NCBI GenBank assembly: GCA_963725665.1
Contig: CAVRZA010000004.1
Span: 352,001-416,000 of the forward strand
Direction of reading: 5' to 3'
From: an uncultured Actinomycetes bacterium
GTDB taxonomy: Bacteria > Actinomycetota > Thermoleophilia > UBA2241
DNA: 64,000 bases
Shown: piece by piece, positions 1 through 9,539 of the stretch
Position numbering within the stretch: position 1 is the first letter of the stretch
How the letters are laid out: each line of letters begins with the position of its first letter
Translations under genes and position numbers: made by a program
The notes under the pieces: model-generated
What the model was told of the DNA's origin: nothing
The model's input: only the letters and a program-made list of their open reading frames with translations
Database searches by the model: none

Positions 1-946
1 GCGTGTCAAGCGCCTGGCCGTGCCGTTCATGTTCGGCTTCCTCGTGCTGATCCCGCCGCAGACGTGGTACGGCGGCCGCTTCAACTCGGGCTACGCGGCT
101 TCGTTCTGGCACTACATCGTGAGCGGCGACTTCCTGCAGATGAACGTCAAGGACGGGGGCGACTACTACGGCGGCTTCGGGATCGGCCACCTCTGGTTCA
201 TCTTCGTGCTGCTGTTCGTCGCGATCATTGCGCTGCCGTTGTTCAGGTGGGGCAGGACCGAGAGAGGCGCCGCGCTCCTGCGAAGCATCTCGCGGCGCCT
301 CGCGCATCCGGCCTCGTGGCCGCTGGCGGTCTTGTTCATCATGGTCGGCGATGCCATGCCGGAAGCCGGCCTGCAGCCCTTCTACTACCTGGCGTTCTTC
401 GTGCTCGGCTACGTCGTGGTGTGCGACGGGGAGTTCGTCAAGACGGCGGAGCGGCTTCGCTGGAAGGCTCTCGCGGCAGGTTCGGCGCTTGCGCTGTGGT
501 GGGTCATGAGCGGCGACCTGCGGGATTCTCTGCCCGACCCGTCGTTCCAGCGTGCCGGGCTGACGTTCCTGGGGATACTCGGGTCGTGGCTCGTCATCGT
601 CGGGCTGCTGGGGTGCGGCAAACGGTATCTCGATCGCACGTCGCCGACCCTGCGCTACCTGGCGGAGGCATCGTATCCCGTCTACATCCTGCACCAGACG
701 GTGATCGTGGTGGCTGCCTTCTACATCGTCGGCCTGCCGGCCGCTGAGCCCCTGCAGTGGCTCACGCTGCTCGTGGTCTCGGTGGCGTTCACGTTCGCGC
801 TCTACGAGGTCGTGCGCCGGTTCGCGACCCCGCGGTTCCTGTTCGGCATGCGACCTCTCAAGAGGCAGGATCGCACTGTGTCGGTGCCGGTGGAGGTAGG
901 AACCACCGCTCGGCCCTCTACCGTCAGCGCGGCACGGGCGCGGTGA
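1..946 (+). CDS. Acyltransferase family 3 membrane protein (OpgC/MdoC-like), 5'-truncated by window edge
   Basis: Open from the window start (RVKRLAVPF); multi-TM; family motifs GHLWFI and LRYLAEASYPVYILHQ. Confidence 0.85.
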   Translation, partial: RVKRLAVPFMFGFLVLIPPQTWYGGRFNSGYAASFWHYIVSGDFLQMNVKDGGDYYGGFGIGHLWFIFVLLFVAIIALPLFRWGRTERGAALLRSISRRLAHPASWPLAVLFIMVGDAMPEAGLQPFYYLAFFVLGYVVVCDGEFVKTAERLRWKALAAGSALALWWVMSGDLRDSLPDPSFQRAGLTFLGILGSWLVIVGLLGCGKRYLDRTSPTLRYLAEASYPVYILHQTVIVVAAFYIVGLPAAEPLQWLTLLVVSVAFTFALYEVVRRFATPRFLFGMRPLKRQDRTVSVPVEVGTTARPSTVSAARAR

Positions 947-970
947 GGTCGTCGCGCAGACGGCAGGAGA

Positions 971-1059
971 GGGAGGCCGGCGGGGCGGCGAATGCCGCCC
1001 CGCCGGCCTCCCGCGATGGGGTGTGGGGCGCTTCGGAGAAGCGCCCCACACCCCATCGC
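971..1059. terminator. Two abutting perfect hairpins (19-bp and 22-bp arms)
   Basis: gggaggccggcggggcggc-gaat-gccgccccgccggcctccc (971-1012) directly followed by gcgatggggtgtggggcgcttc-gga-gaagcgccccacaccccatcgc (1013-1059); lies just after a stop codon. Confidence 0.6.
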
Positions 1060-1122
1060 TGTTGAGCAGGCCGTGTCCGCGCCCGTTGTAGACTGCCGGA
1101 CGGCGACGAATACGGGGGGCGA

Positions 1123-1815
1123 ATGGCGCGAGACGTCACAACAATCGGATTGAGCGGTGTCAACTGCTACCTTCTGCCCGCCGGCGAGGGGTTCGTCCTC
1201 ATCGACACGGGGCTGGCGACGAAGCGCGACGCGCTCGAGCGCGCGCTTGCCCGGGCCGGCTGCACGTCTGGCAGGCTGAGACTGGTCGTGTTGACGCACG
1301 GCGATGTCGACCACGCCGGAAACGCGGCGTGCCTTCGCGCGAAGTACGGTGCCCGGATTGCGATGCACGCCGACGACAAAGGGATGGTCGAGCGCGGCGA
1401 CACGACCTGGAACCGCAAGGCGAAGCCGGACTTCGTGACCGTGACCGGCCGTTTCATCATGGTCGCCGGTACCCTGATGGAGCGCTTCCGCAGGTCGGGC
1501 TCCTTCGAGGTGTTCGAGCCCGACCTGCTCGTCGAGGACGGCTTCGAGCTGAGCGAGTACGGACTCGACGCGCGTGTGCTCCATCTGCCCGGACACTCCA
1601 AGGGGTCGATCGGCATCCTTACGGCCGACGGTGACCTCTTCTGCGGCGATCTGCTCTACAACTGGCGCAGACCGAGCACCCCGATCGTGGACGACCTTGC
1701 CGACCACACAGCCAGTCTCCAAAAGCTGCGCGCCGTCCGAGTCGAAACGGTCTACCCGGGGCACGGCAAGCCGTTTCGTTGGGCGGAGCTGCCCTCAGGC
1801 GGCGCGCCTCCTTGA
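1123..1815 (+). CDS. MBL-fold metallo-hydrolase
   Basis: VLIDTG, THGDVDHAG (HxHxDH variant), PGHSKGS, LFCGD, YPGHG. Confidence 0.9.
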   Translation: MARDVTTIGLSGVNCYLLPAGEGFVLIDTGLATKRDALERALARAGCTSGRLRLVVLTHGDVDHAGNAACLRAKYGARIAMHADDKGMVERGDTTWNRKAKPDFVTVTGRFIMVAGTLMERFRRSGSFEVFEPDLLVEDGFELSEYGLDARVLHLPGHSKGSIGILTADGDLFCGDLLYNWRRPSTPIVDDLADHTASLQKLRAVRVETVYPGHGKPFRWAELPSGGAPP

Positions 1816-1853
1816 TACCGATATGACGCCCGGTCTGCGCTAGGATGACGCGC

Positions 1854-2687
1854 ATGAGCGACGACCTCATCGGTCCCTTTGAAGAGCTGCCCTTCGTGCC
1901 CTCGCGCATTGCCGGCCTCGACATCCTCGATCTGGCCAAGGCCAAGCACTACGTGCCCGTCCTCCTCGAGATCGATGTGACCGAGGCGCGGGCCGCCATT
2001 CGCCGGCACAAACAGGAGGGGGAGGACATCTCGTTCACGGCCTGGGCGGTGAGATGCGTGGCGCAGGCGGCCAGCGAGCACAAGCGCGTGCACGCGCTGC
2101 GACACGGGTGGCGCACGCTGGTGCTCTTCGAGGACGTCGACGTTGCCATCGCCGTCTACCGGCGTATCGCCGACGAGAGCCTGGACGAGCGCCTGCCGAT
2201 GCCCTTCGTGCTGCGCAAGGCCAACGAGAGGAGCGTGGGGGAGATCAGCACCGAGGTGCGCCGCGCACAGAGTCTGCCGCTTGCCCCCGGCGAGCAGTGG
2301 CTCGAGCCACAAGGCATCGTACCACCGTCATGGCTGCTGCCCTTGGCCTTCAGGTTGCCCCGCCGCTTACGCCGCTGGTTCTACTGGGACCGAGTGCTCA
2401 GCAACCCTTGGCGGGTCAAGAAGACGATGGGGACGGTGGTGGTGACCTCGGTGCCGCTGACGAGCAGGTCGGGCGGCGGGGGCTGGGGGATCCCGATCGC
2501 CGTCCATCCGCTCGTCGTGGCGCTCGGCGCCGTCGGCCGAAGGCCGCGCCTCACCGACGGCAACGTCGAGCCGCGCGAGATCCTCAGCGCCACCATCATG
2601 TTCGACCACGAGGTGGTCGACGGCGTGCCGGTGGCGCTCTTCCTGCGGCGCCTGATGGAGCTCATGGAAGGGGCGTTCGGGCTGTAA
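1854..2687 (+). CDS. Stand-alone 2-oxoacid dehydrogenase acyltransferase (E2) catalytic-domain protein
   Basis: EIDVT, ISFTAW, C-terminal FDHEVVDG (DHRxxDG-like); no lipoyl domain; ATG 1854 lies 7 nt after TAGGAT (alternative start 1845). Confidence 0.8.
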   Translation: MSDDLIGPFEELPFVPSRIAGLDILDLAKAKHYVPVLLEIDVTEARAAIRRHKQEGEDISFTAWAVRCVAQAASEHKRVHALRHGWRTLVLFEDVDVAIAVYRRIADESLDERLPMPFVLRKANERSVGEISTEVRRAQSLPLAPGEQWLEPQGIVPPSWLLPLAFRLPRRLRRWFYWDRVLSNPWRVKKTMGTVVVTSVPLTSRSGGGGWGIPIAVHPLVVALGAVGRRPRLTDGNVEPREILSATIMFDHEVVDGVPVALFLRRLMELMEGAFGL

Positions 2688-2711
2688 GACCGGGCGCTCT
2701 GGCTGGGAGAC

Positions 2712-3221
2712 CTACCCCGCCAGCGTCTTGCGGATGTCCTTCATCAGCATGACGAGATGTTGGGGATTCGTGGGCGACGGCTCGAAGCCGAACTTCGTGT
2801 AGAACTGCCGGGCTCGCTCGTGCTTGGCGTGCACGAGCACCGCACGGGCGCCGATCGTGTCCGCCGCGTGGGCGCATCTGCCTAGGGCCTCAACGAGCAG
2901 CGCCCCGCCGAGGCCGCGTCGCTGCTCGGATCGGTCGACGGCCAGACGAGCGAGAAGAACGACCGGGATGGCCTGCCGGCCCTGCCCCCTGGCCCTCCGC
3001 TCTGTGGTCTTTTCGGGGTTGACACTTCCCGCGGCGAGACTGAAGAAGGCCACAACTCGGCAGCCTTGGCACGCGACGTACGTGCGTGACTTCTCGGCAC
3101 GCTGGTCGGTTAGGGCGCGCTTGGTCAGGTACTCGTTGAGGGCAGCGTCGCCGCAGTCGAACGCGAGAACCTCGTGCGAGGCATTGAGCGGCTCGATCTC
3201 GAGGCGTAGGTCAGCGCTCAC
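2712..3221 (-). CDS. GNAT-family toxin (TacT/AtaT-like tRNA acetyltransferase)
   Basis: FDCGDAALNEYL, IPVVLLARLAVD, GLGGALL, FYTKFGF; overlaps upstream DUF1778 gene. Confidence 0.9.
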   Translation of the reverse strand: MSADLRLEIEPLNASHEVLAFDCGDAALNEYLTKRALTDQRAEKSRTYVACQGCRVVAFFSLAAGSVNPEKTTERRARGQGRQAIPVVLLARLAVDRSEQRRGLGGALLVEALGRCAHAADTIGARAVLVHAKHERARQFYTKFGFEPSPTNPQHLVMLMKDIRKTLAG

Positions 3222-3501
3222 CGAAGGGGCTTGGCTTCGACGCCGCTTCTCTCAGTGCGGGAACCACGCGTGCTGGACGGTCAAGCAGCGCGACAAACTC
3301 ATCCCACTCGGCTGCCGGCAGGGTGAATACCGTCTGGTCCGCGAGGACCGCTTCGGCTGAACGCAGCGCGGCCTGGAGCACGAACTGGCTGGACTTCACG
3401 CGACTTAGGCGAGCCGCTTGTTCGACCAGTGCCTTCTCTGCCTTCGTGGCGCGGATATTGAAGCGTTCGACCTTGTTGTCACTCGGGATCGGCATGCTCA
3501 T
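3211..3501 (-). CDS. DUF1778 ribbon-helix-helix antitoxin (TacA/AtaR-like)
   Basis: ERFNIRAT..KALVEQAA..SQFVLQAAL..AEAVL..FVALLDRP; ~96 aa; SD GAGAGG before ATG 3501. Confidence 0.9.
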   Translation of the reverse strand: MSMPIPSDNKVERFNIRATKAEKALVEQAARLSRVKSSQFVLQAALRSAEAVLADQTVFTLPAAEWDEFVALLDRPARVVPALREAASKPSPFGER

Positions 3502-3556
3502 CGGCACCTCTCAGGAACCTCTAGATGTGAGCACATTGTACCCACAAGTCGTCGCC

Positions 3557-3583
3557 ATGTACACCCATTGTATGTACACAATG
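3557..3583. promoter_or_regulatory. Probable operator of the GNAT/DUF1778 TA operon
   Basis: AT-rich patch with two palindromic TGTACA hexamers (3558-3563, 3573-3578) and near-palindrome cattgtatgtacacaatg upstream of the antitoxin. Confidence 0.5.
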
Positions 3584-3685
3584 CGACTGGAGCCGCGCTA
3601 GCGAGGCTAAACTGGACCGCCCGGGCGGAGAAGATGACGACTGGGAAGGAGGGGTTGCGATCAGCCGCGGCCGCGGTTCACGGCG

Positions 3686-4696
3686 TCAGTCGGCGTCGCT
3701 CGCGTTCAGCACCCGCAGAGCCTTCAGCGTGACCCAGCGGCTGGGCTGCCCCTTGGTCTCGATGTCGACGATGAAGCGGCCGTTGAAGGTCTGCTGGAGA
3801 ATCCAGCGACCCTCGGGATCGGCCTTGGAGGCGACGAGCGCGCGCGCCTCGCGCGCGCGCTCGTCGCCCGCCCGTCCGAGCTTCGCCAGGATCCCCAGGA
3901 TCTCGAGTGCGTCGGTCTGGTACATGAGCGGGAAGCTGAGGCGCTTCCATCCCGGCTTGGAGTCCCGCTTTGGGTCGTGGCTGCGCTTGTGGACGTGGTG
4001 CCTGAGGATGAACTCCGTCCCTTCATCGAGCGTGTGCCATACCGCGGGAGTGCGGCGCTCCGGAGGGATCTCCGTCAGCGCCTTGAGTGCTTTGACGACG
4101 CCCATGTGGCAGGTGTGGCGCCCCCAGCACATCTCCAAGCGGTCGTAGGGCCAGCCGGTGGGCGCCTCGCCGTCGCCGTCGTCGAAACGCATGTAGGTGG
4201 TGAGCCAGTCGACGCCGGCCTGTACACGCGGGTCGTCGAGCATACCCAGGCGGATGAGGCTGAAGACGAGGTTGCCGGTCAGGCAGGGGATGACCTCACT
4301 GCGTCGGCCGCCGCCCTCCCTGCACGCGTGCATCGCGAAGCCGCCGGATCGGCGGTCCTGCGCGTCGCGCAGGACCGCCTCACACCCCCGCCGCACGCGC
4401 TCGTCGCCGCCGTCGGCGCCGAGCTCGGCGAGGATGATGAGCGTCCACACCGTGCCGCGGTACTTGGCCGTGTAGAAGCGGTCGCGACCCTCCCAGTGGC
4501 CGTCCTCGCCCTGAGCGTCGAGGATGCGCGGCACGGCGCCCTTGGTCATGATCTCGCGCCGTGCCGCCGCCGCATCGGGCGAGTCGGGCGACGACCCGAG
4601 CAGCTCGGTCAGCGCGTAGAAGCGCACCGACGGTTCGTCGCCGTCGAGGAGCCAGGCGGTCGCATCGGCCTGCCGCGTTGTTGTCCCATCCCCCAC
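3686..4696 (-). CDS. Prenyltransferase/squalene-cyclase-like alpha-barrel repeat protein (family often mis-annotated as NifH)
   Basis: WLL..EPSVRF, ILDAQGEDGHW, YTAKYRGTVW, PCLTGN, C-terminal GQPSRWVTLKALRVL; no P-loop, so not nitrogenase. Confidence 0.7.
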   Translation of the reverse strand: MGDGTTTRQADATAWLLDGDEPSVRFYALTELLGSSPDSPDAAAARREIMTKGAVPRILDAQGEDGHWEGRDRFYTAKYRGTVWTLIILAELGADGGDERVRRGCEAVLRDAQDRRSGGFAMHACREGGGRRSEVIPCLTGNLVFSLIRLGMLDDPRVQAGVDWLTTYMRFDDGDGEAPTGWPYDRLEMCWGRHTCHMGVVKALKALTEIPPERRTPAVWHTLDEGTEFILRHHVHKRSHDPKRDSKPGWKRLSFPLMYQTDALEILGILAKLGRAGDERAREARALVASKADPEGRWILQQTFNGRFIVDIETKGQPSRWVTLKALRVLNASDAD

Positions 4697-4804
4697 GATC
4701 CCACATTGTACGGCCGTCTCGATCGCGACGCCCGTTCTTCAGGGCGAGGTGACCCACCTCCGTCGACTCGCTCCACCGTCACTCTCCGGTGCTATGCTGC
4801 AGCC

Positions 4805-5020
4805 ATGATCGCCAAGCCGCGTCCCAATCATCAGATCTATCTGCAGGCGCTGCTCCGGCTTACGCCGGAGCAGCGCCTGCTCAAGGCGTTCGAGCTTACC
4901 GACCTGTCTCGGGCGCTCTTCCGCGACGGCCTTCGGCAGCGCTTTCCAGAGGCGGCCGAAGATGAGCTCCAGCGCATCTACCTTCAGCGCTTCGACCTAT
5001 GTCACAACAGGCGCTCCTGA
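4805..5020 (+). CDS. Small helical protein, putative MenA1 (Rv0078B)-like antitoxin (71 aa)
   Basis: MIAKPRPNHQIYLQALLRLTPEQRLLKAFELTDLSRALFRDGLRQRFPEAAEDEL; ATG 6 nt after TATGCT; overlaps the NTase gene. Confidence 0.7.
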   Translation: MIAKPRPNHQIYLQALLRLTPEQRLLKAFELTDLSRALFRDGLRQRFPEAAEDELQRIYLQRFDLCHNRRS

Positions 5021-5568
5021 CGCGTATCGTCGAGGCCCTTGGCGTCGCCGACATCGCGTACATGCTCACGGGATCGTTGGCGTCGAGTCTGCAAGGAGAG
5101 CCCAGGGCGACACACGACGTCGACCTGGTCATCGAGATCGGCGAGCCCGACGTGCCTCGACTGCTGCAGGCTCTGGCCGCGCCCGACCTCTACCTCGAAG
5201 GGTCGGCCGTCGCCGAAGCGGTCCGGGAGCGCACGGTGTTCAACCTTATTCAACCCTCGACTGGCGACAAGGTCGACTTCTGGCCGCTGACCGAGGATGC
5301 ATTCGACGTCGCGCGGTTCTCGCGCCGCCAGTGGGTCGACGCGCTCGGCTTGCGACTCGCCGTGTCGGCGCCAGAGGACACGATCCTCATGAAGCTACGT
5401 TGGGCGCGTGAATCGGGCGGCAGCGAGAAGCAGTTCACCGACGCTCTGCGTGTCTACGAGCTGCAGGCGACGGCTCTTGACGCCGGCTACCTGGACGAGT
5501 GGGCGCATCGACTCGAAGTCGCCGACCTTCTTGCCAGACTTCGGGCACAAGCGGAGCCGCTCGCCTAG
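4999..5568 (+). CDS. Nucleotidyltransferase, putative MenT1 (Rv0078A)-like toxin
   Basis: YMLTGSLAS..GEPRATHDVDLV NTase motif, KVDF, PEDTILMKL..KQFTD. Confidence 0.75.
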   Translation: MSQQALLTRIVEALGVADIAYMLTGSLASSLQGEPRATHDVDLVIEIGEPDVPRLLQALAAPDLYLEGSAVAEAVRERTVFNLIQPSTGDKVDFWPLTEDAFDVARFSRRQWVDALGLRLAVSAPEDTILMKLRWARESGGSEKQFTDALRVYELQATALDAGYLDEWAHRLEVADLLARLRAQAEPLA

Positions 5569-5793
5569 CAGCTGGCACCGTGCGGCTAGGATGCGCGCCA
5601 CCGCGCCTCTGATCATGATTTCACCTCGCGCGGCCGCCGCGTCAAGGGCGCCGGCCGACAAGACGACCTCCATAGAACCCGACTTGAAGAAGGTCTACTC
5701 TTGACATGATCTTCGGCTGAGAGGCCGCCGTCGCAGGCGTCCCCACCGGAAGAGCGTGATCGAGGTGGTTGTCGACTGCGCCGGCGCAAGAGC

Positions 5794-6628
5794 ATGCGGC
5801 GCGAAGGGAGGGCCATCACGAGACCGGGTGGTGTCCATCGGTGGATCGCGGCGACTGCGCTGCCGCTCCTCCTCGTCCTGGCCGCGGGCTGCTCAACAGT
5901 CCCCGGCACCGGTGGCCAGGTCAGCGGCTCGGGCAACCCAGCGACCAAGCACTACGACTACAGCGGCTTCACCGGTCTGCGCGTGGACAACGCCTTCGCC
6001 GCCACCGTGACCTGCGGCGACGCCTTCGCCGTCTCGGTCACCGTGGACGACAACCTCGTCAAGTACCTGCGTGTCGAGCTCGATGGAGACACGCTGCACA
6101 TCGGCCTTGATCCCAGCATGAGCTATCAGAACACGACACTGAAGGCGGAGGTGACGCTGCCGAGCCTGCGAGCGCTGGAGGTCACCGGCGCCTCCACGGC
6201 CGACGTGGCGGGGTTCGTTTCGCAGGACGCGCTCGATCTGCGGCTCTCGGGCGCCGGTGGGGTGGACCTCACAAGCATGCGGCGCCGACAAGGTCACCAT
6301 CGACGTCTCCGGTGGGGCTCAGCTGTCCGGCGGGCTCGAGGCGCAGGAGGTCAGCGGACAGGTCTCAGGCGCCGGCCGGGTGTCGCTCGAGGGCTCGGCC
6401 TCACACGCGCAGCTCGAGGCCTCCGGGGCCGGGAAGCTTGACCTGGGAAGCTTCACCCTGCGGGACGCGGACCTGCAGCTCTCGGGTGGCGCGAGTGGCA
6501 CGGTGCGTGTCACCGGCACGCTCAAGGTCGAGGCCAGCGGCGGCGCCCACCTCGACTACTACGGCTCGCCGAAGTCGGTCCAGACGAACGTCTCCGGGGG
6601 CGCGCAGGTCAACCGCGCCGGCGGCTAG
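5794..6628 (+). CDS. DUF2807 (head GIN domain) lipoprotein, one frameshift near 6280
   Basis: Lipobox LAAGC, VSGSGN, VTVDDNL, repeated xSGAG/ASGG beta-helix motifs across ORFs 5794..6441 and 6257..6628. Confidence 0.85.
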
Positions 6629-6776
6629 GTCCTCAGGCCCACGGTTGCGGCCGGGCGCCTCGTCGCCGCAGGCGTCAACGCGCGGACTGACATCGTCGCG
6701 CAGATTGCAGCCGCGGCCCGCGGCCATGGGGCCGCCGTACCGGCCCACCACCGCCGCGCCGGCGATCTGCGCTGAG

Positions 6777-8231
6777 TCAGCCCGCCCTCATCCGCCGCTC
6801 CGCCTCGGCCACGATCGCCGCCAGCTCGTCCTCGCAGGGCAGCGGTTCGGGGCGGGGCGCCGCGTCGAGGAGCTCCTCGACGCGGCGCCCCGCCCGCTCG
6901 GCCAGACTAGTGCCGCCGCCGGCGGTCCACGCCTCGCGTGTGGCGCGCTCGAAGAGCGTCGGGTAGTAGAGCTCGCGGCAGTGCTTCGCGGTGTGGCTCC
7001 TCGCCAGGAACTGACCGTCGGGTCCGACCTCGTCGATGAGGTCGAGAGCCAGGGCCTCGTCGCTCGTGTCGAGGGGTGCCTTGAGGTGGCGCAGCCAGGC
7101 CACGATCTCGTCGCAGATCGCAAGCTGGGCCAGCGAGCCCGTGAGACCCGATTCGAGGTAGCCGAGGTCGTGCACGATGTCGGGTCCGGAAAGCGACTCG
7201 ACGGCGAGGCTGAGGGCCGCCTCGGCGACCGCCTGCTGATCGACCGTCTTGGCGTCGCTCGCGCCGGCCAGTGAGAAGCTGGGCAGACCCACATGCCGGG
7301 CGAGGGCGATAGCGGTGGCCCGCTGGTCGGGGCTCGCGTAGCCGTAGACCATGGTCTTCATGTCGAGGCCGCCGCCGCCCCAGCCCTTGGCGACGAACGG
7401 CGCGCCTTCGCGGACAAGCTGCGAGATGACGAGGCCGGTAAGCACCCCGGCCCAGAACATGGCGATCGTCCCAGCCGGCGTGGCCGGGCCGGTGACGCCG
7501 GCTTGAGAGCCAGGGATGTAGAGCACCGGCACGCTGCGTTCCGCCAGGAAGATCAGCTTCTCGAGGGCGTCGGCATTGTGCAGTAAGCCGGTCGCGGCGT
7601 TGACGTAGCAGGCCAGGAACGGCCTGGCCGCCAGAGCGTCGGCACCGCCGGCGACGATCTCGGCCATGGCGACGGCGTCGTAGCAGCCCGAGGCGTCGTA
7701 GGTAACGAAGACGATCGGCCTGCGCGTGCGCGTCAGCATGAGACGCATCTGGTGGCGGTCGGCGATGCGGCTGTCCACATCCGCGGGTAGGAACATGGAC
7801 ATTACGTAGTCGACGTCGGTGAGGGCGTCGGCCAGGCCGACACCCTCGCCGACGTCCGCCATGGTGGGCGCTCGTCGCTCGCCGCTGCGGTGGTCGAGGA
7901 TGTTGAGGCAGTCGGAGCCGGGGCCGTAGTATGTGCGCGTCCCGTCGAGCACCATGGCCGGCTCGCCGTCACGGTCGTAGATCGTGAAGCTGCGCGGCAC
8001 GCGTTCCAGAGCCCAGTCGACGAGCGTGGCGGGGATGTGCACGATGCCGTCGCCGTCCACGGCGCAGTCGGCGCCGCGCAGCAGCTCGACGGCGCGAGGC
8101 AGTTCGAGTCGCACGCCCGTCCGCTGCAGGATCGTGACGGCTGCCTCGTGGAGCCGCTCGCATTGCCCGGCTGTGATGCGCCGGTACGGCCAAGCCGCTG
8201 ATGCCCGGTCGTGCGGCACGTCGGTGGACAC
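6777..8231 (-). CDS. Trimethylamine methyltransferase (MttB) superfamily protein, non-pyrrolysine
   Basis: LHEAAVTILQRTGV, GVTGPATPAGT, DMKTM, SDAKTVDQQA, VHDLGYLESGLTGS, EVGPDGQFL..HT; no in-frame TAG. Confidence 0.9.
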   Translation of the reverse strand: MSTDVPHDRASAAWPYRRITAGQCERLHEAAVTILQRTGVRLELPRAVELLRGADCAVDGDGIVHIPATLVDWALERVPRSFTIYDRDGEPAMVLDGTRTYYGPGSDCLNILDHRSGERRAPTMADVGEGVGLADALTDVDYVMSMFLPADVDSRIADRHQMRLMLTRTRRPIVFVTYDASGCYDAVAMAEIVAGGADALAARPFLACYVNAATGLLHNADALEKLIFLAERSVPVLYIPGSQAGVTGPATPAGTIAMFWAGVLTGLVISQLVREGAPFVAKGWGGGGLDMKTMVYGYASPDQRATAIALARHVGLPSFSLAGASDAKTVDQQAVAEAALSLAVESLSGPDIVHDLGYLESGLTGSLAQLAICDEIVAWLRHLKAPLDTSDEALALDLIDEVGPDGQFLARSHTAKHCRELYYPTLFERATREAWTAGGGTSLAERAGRRVEELLDAAPRPEPLPCEDELAAIVAEAERRMRAG

Positions 8232-8461
8232 CGTTGCCTCCCGTCTCGCGTCCGGCGGCGCGGCGCTTGGCGCCGCCCCGCCCCCGTCCCCGAACCCTAC
8301 AGCGTCCCACTGGGGTCAGCGACCGGTCGTGGACCGGGACCCGGGTCGAGGCTCGCGATCAAGATCGGATGATCCACTCCGACGGGCGTGGATCGTCGGT
8401 GCTCCGAGGTTGCGACCCCGGGGTCTTCGCGCATCTGGGGGTCGATTGGCACGGCGCCGCG

Positions 8462-8584
8462 GCGCTGTCGTGGCGCGCTAGCAAGGCCCTGCCTAAGGGC
8501 GTGTACCTCACCTGGAAGGTGCGGGGCAGCAACTCGAGCGGCATCGGCTCGTTCAGCACCGCGCTCAAGTTCAAGATCACGTAA
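8462..8584 (+). pseudogene. Probable C-terminal remnant of a fibronectin-III/Ig-like surface protein
   Basis: Coding-like codon usage for ALSWRASKALPKGVYLTWKVRGSNSSGIGSFSTALKFKIT*, followed by a hairpin; no convincing 5' part. Confidence 0.4.
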
Positions 8585-8719
8585 CAGGGGTGGGGCGCGC
8601 GGCCCTGCGGGACGCTCGCCCCTGCGTTGCCGGCGACGTGCCTCCTATGGCGGCGCCGTCTGGACGTTGCAGCTTGCATCTCACTGCGTGTTTCCTAGGC
8701 ATCCGGCCGGGTACACCCT

Positions 8720-8843
8720 GGACCACGAGGACGCCGACGCGGCGCGCTGGTCAAGCAGCGCGACGGGCCACGTCGGGGTGCTTGTAGTCGACGTAGTTGT
8801 CAAGGATGAGGTTGACAGCCAACCCCTTGGGCACGTTGGCGTC
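8720..8843 (-). mobile_element. Decayed IS630-family transposase fragment
   Basis: Minus strand reads DANVPKGLAVNLILDNYVDYKHPDVARRAA* then SASSW, matching IS630 VPxxLxVHLILDNYxTHKHPxV...TSSSWLN. Confidence 0.6.
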
Positions 8844-8887
8844 TGGGCTTAACTCAATCCGGGGATCCGATGGAAAGGACACGGGAG

Positions 8888-9500
8888 ATGAGAAGGCTGA
8901 TCGTGAGCACCTTCATGACCCTCGACGGGGTCATGCAGGCCCCGGGCGGACCTGGAGAGGACGACAGCGGCGGCTTCGCGCACGGTGGCTGGTCGGTGAA
9001 CTATTGGGACGAGCAGATGGCTCAGGTCATGGGCGAGGCGATGAGCACGCCGTTCGACCTCCTTCTCGGACACAAGACGTACGACATCTTCGCCGCATAT
9101 TGGCCGACGCGCCGCGGACGATGCCGGCGCCAAGCCGTTGAACGACGCCACCAAGTACGTGGCGTCGAGGAGTCATCCCACGCTGGAGTGGAGCCCCTCG
9201 GTCCTGATCGAGGGTGACGCGGCCGAAGGCATCGCGGCGCTCAAGCAGGGAAGATGGGCCGGAGCTGCAGGTGCATGGCAGCGGGAATCTGATCCAGACG
9301 CTCCTGCGCCACCACCTCGTCGACCAGTACCGCCTGTGGGTATTCCCCTCGTCATCGGGTCGGGGAAACGCCTGTTCTCGGACGGCACCATCCCCGCCGC
9401 GCTGAAGCTCGTCGACAGCAAGGTCTCCACCACCGGAGTCGTGATCGGTACGTACGAGCCGGCAGGCGAGATCGTCACAGGATCGTTCGCGCTGGACTGA
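8888..9500 (+). CDS. Dihydrofolate reductase/RibD C-terminal domain family protein (frameshifted)
   Basis: MRRLIVSTFMTLDGVMQAPGGP, KYVASR, VHGSGNLIQTLL, GSGKRLF across three frames. Confidence 0.85.
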
Positions 9501-9539
9501 CCGCGCTCGGAAACACTCGCTGAGCATATCAACACACGA

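Noticed and set aside
3686-4696. Nitrogenase NifH
   Set aside because: No P-loop or NifH Cys motifs; alpha-barrel prenyltransferase-like family
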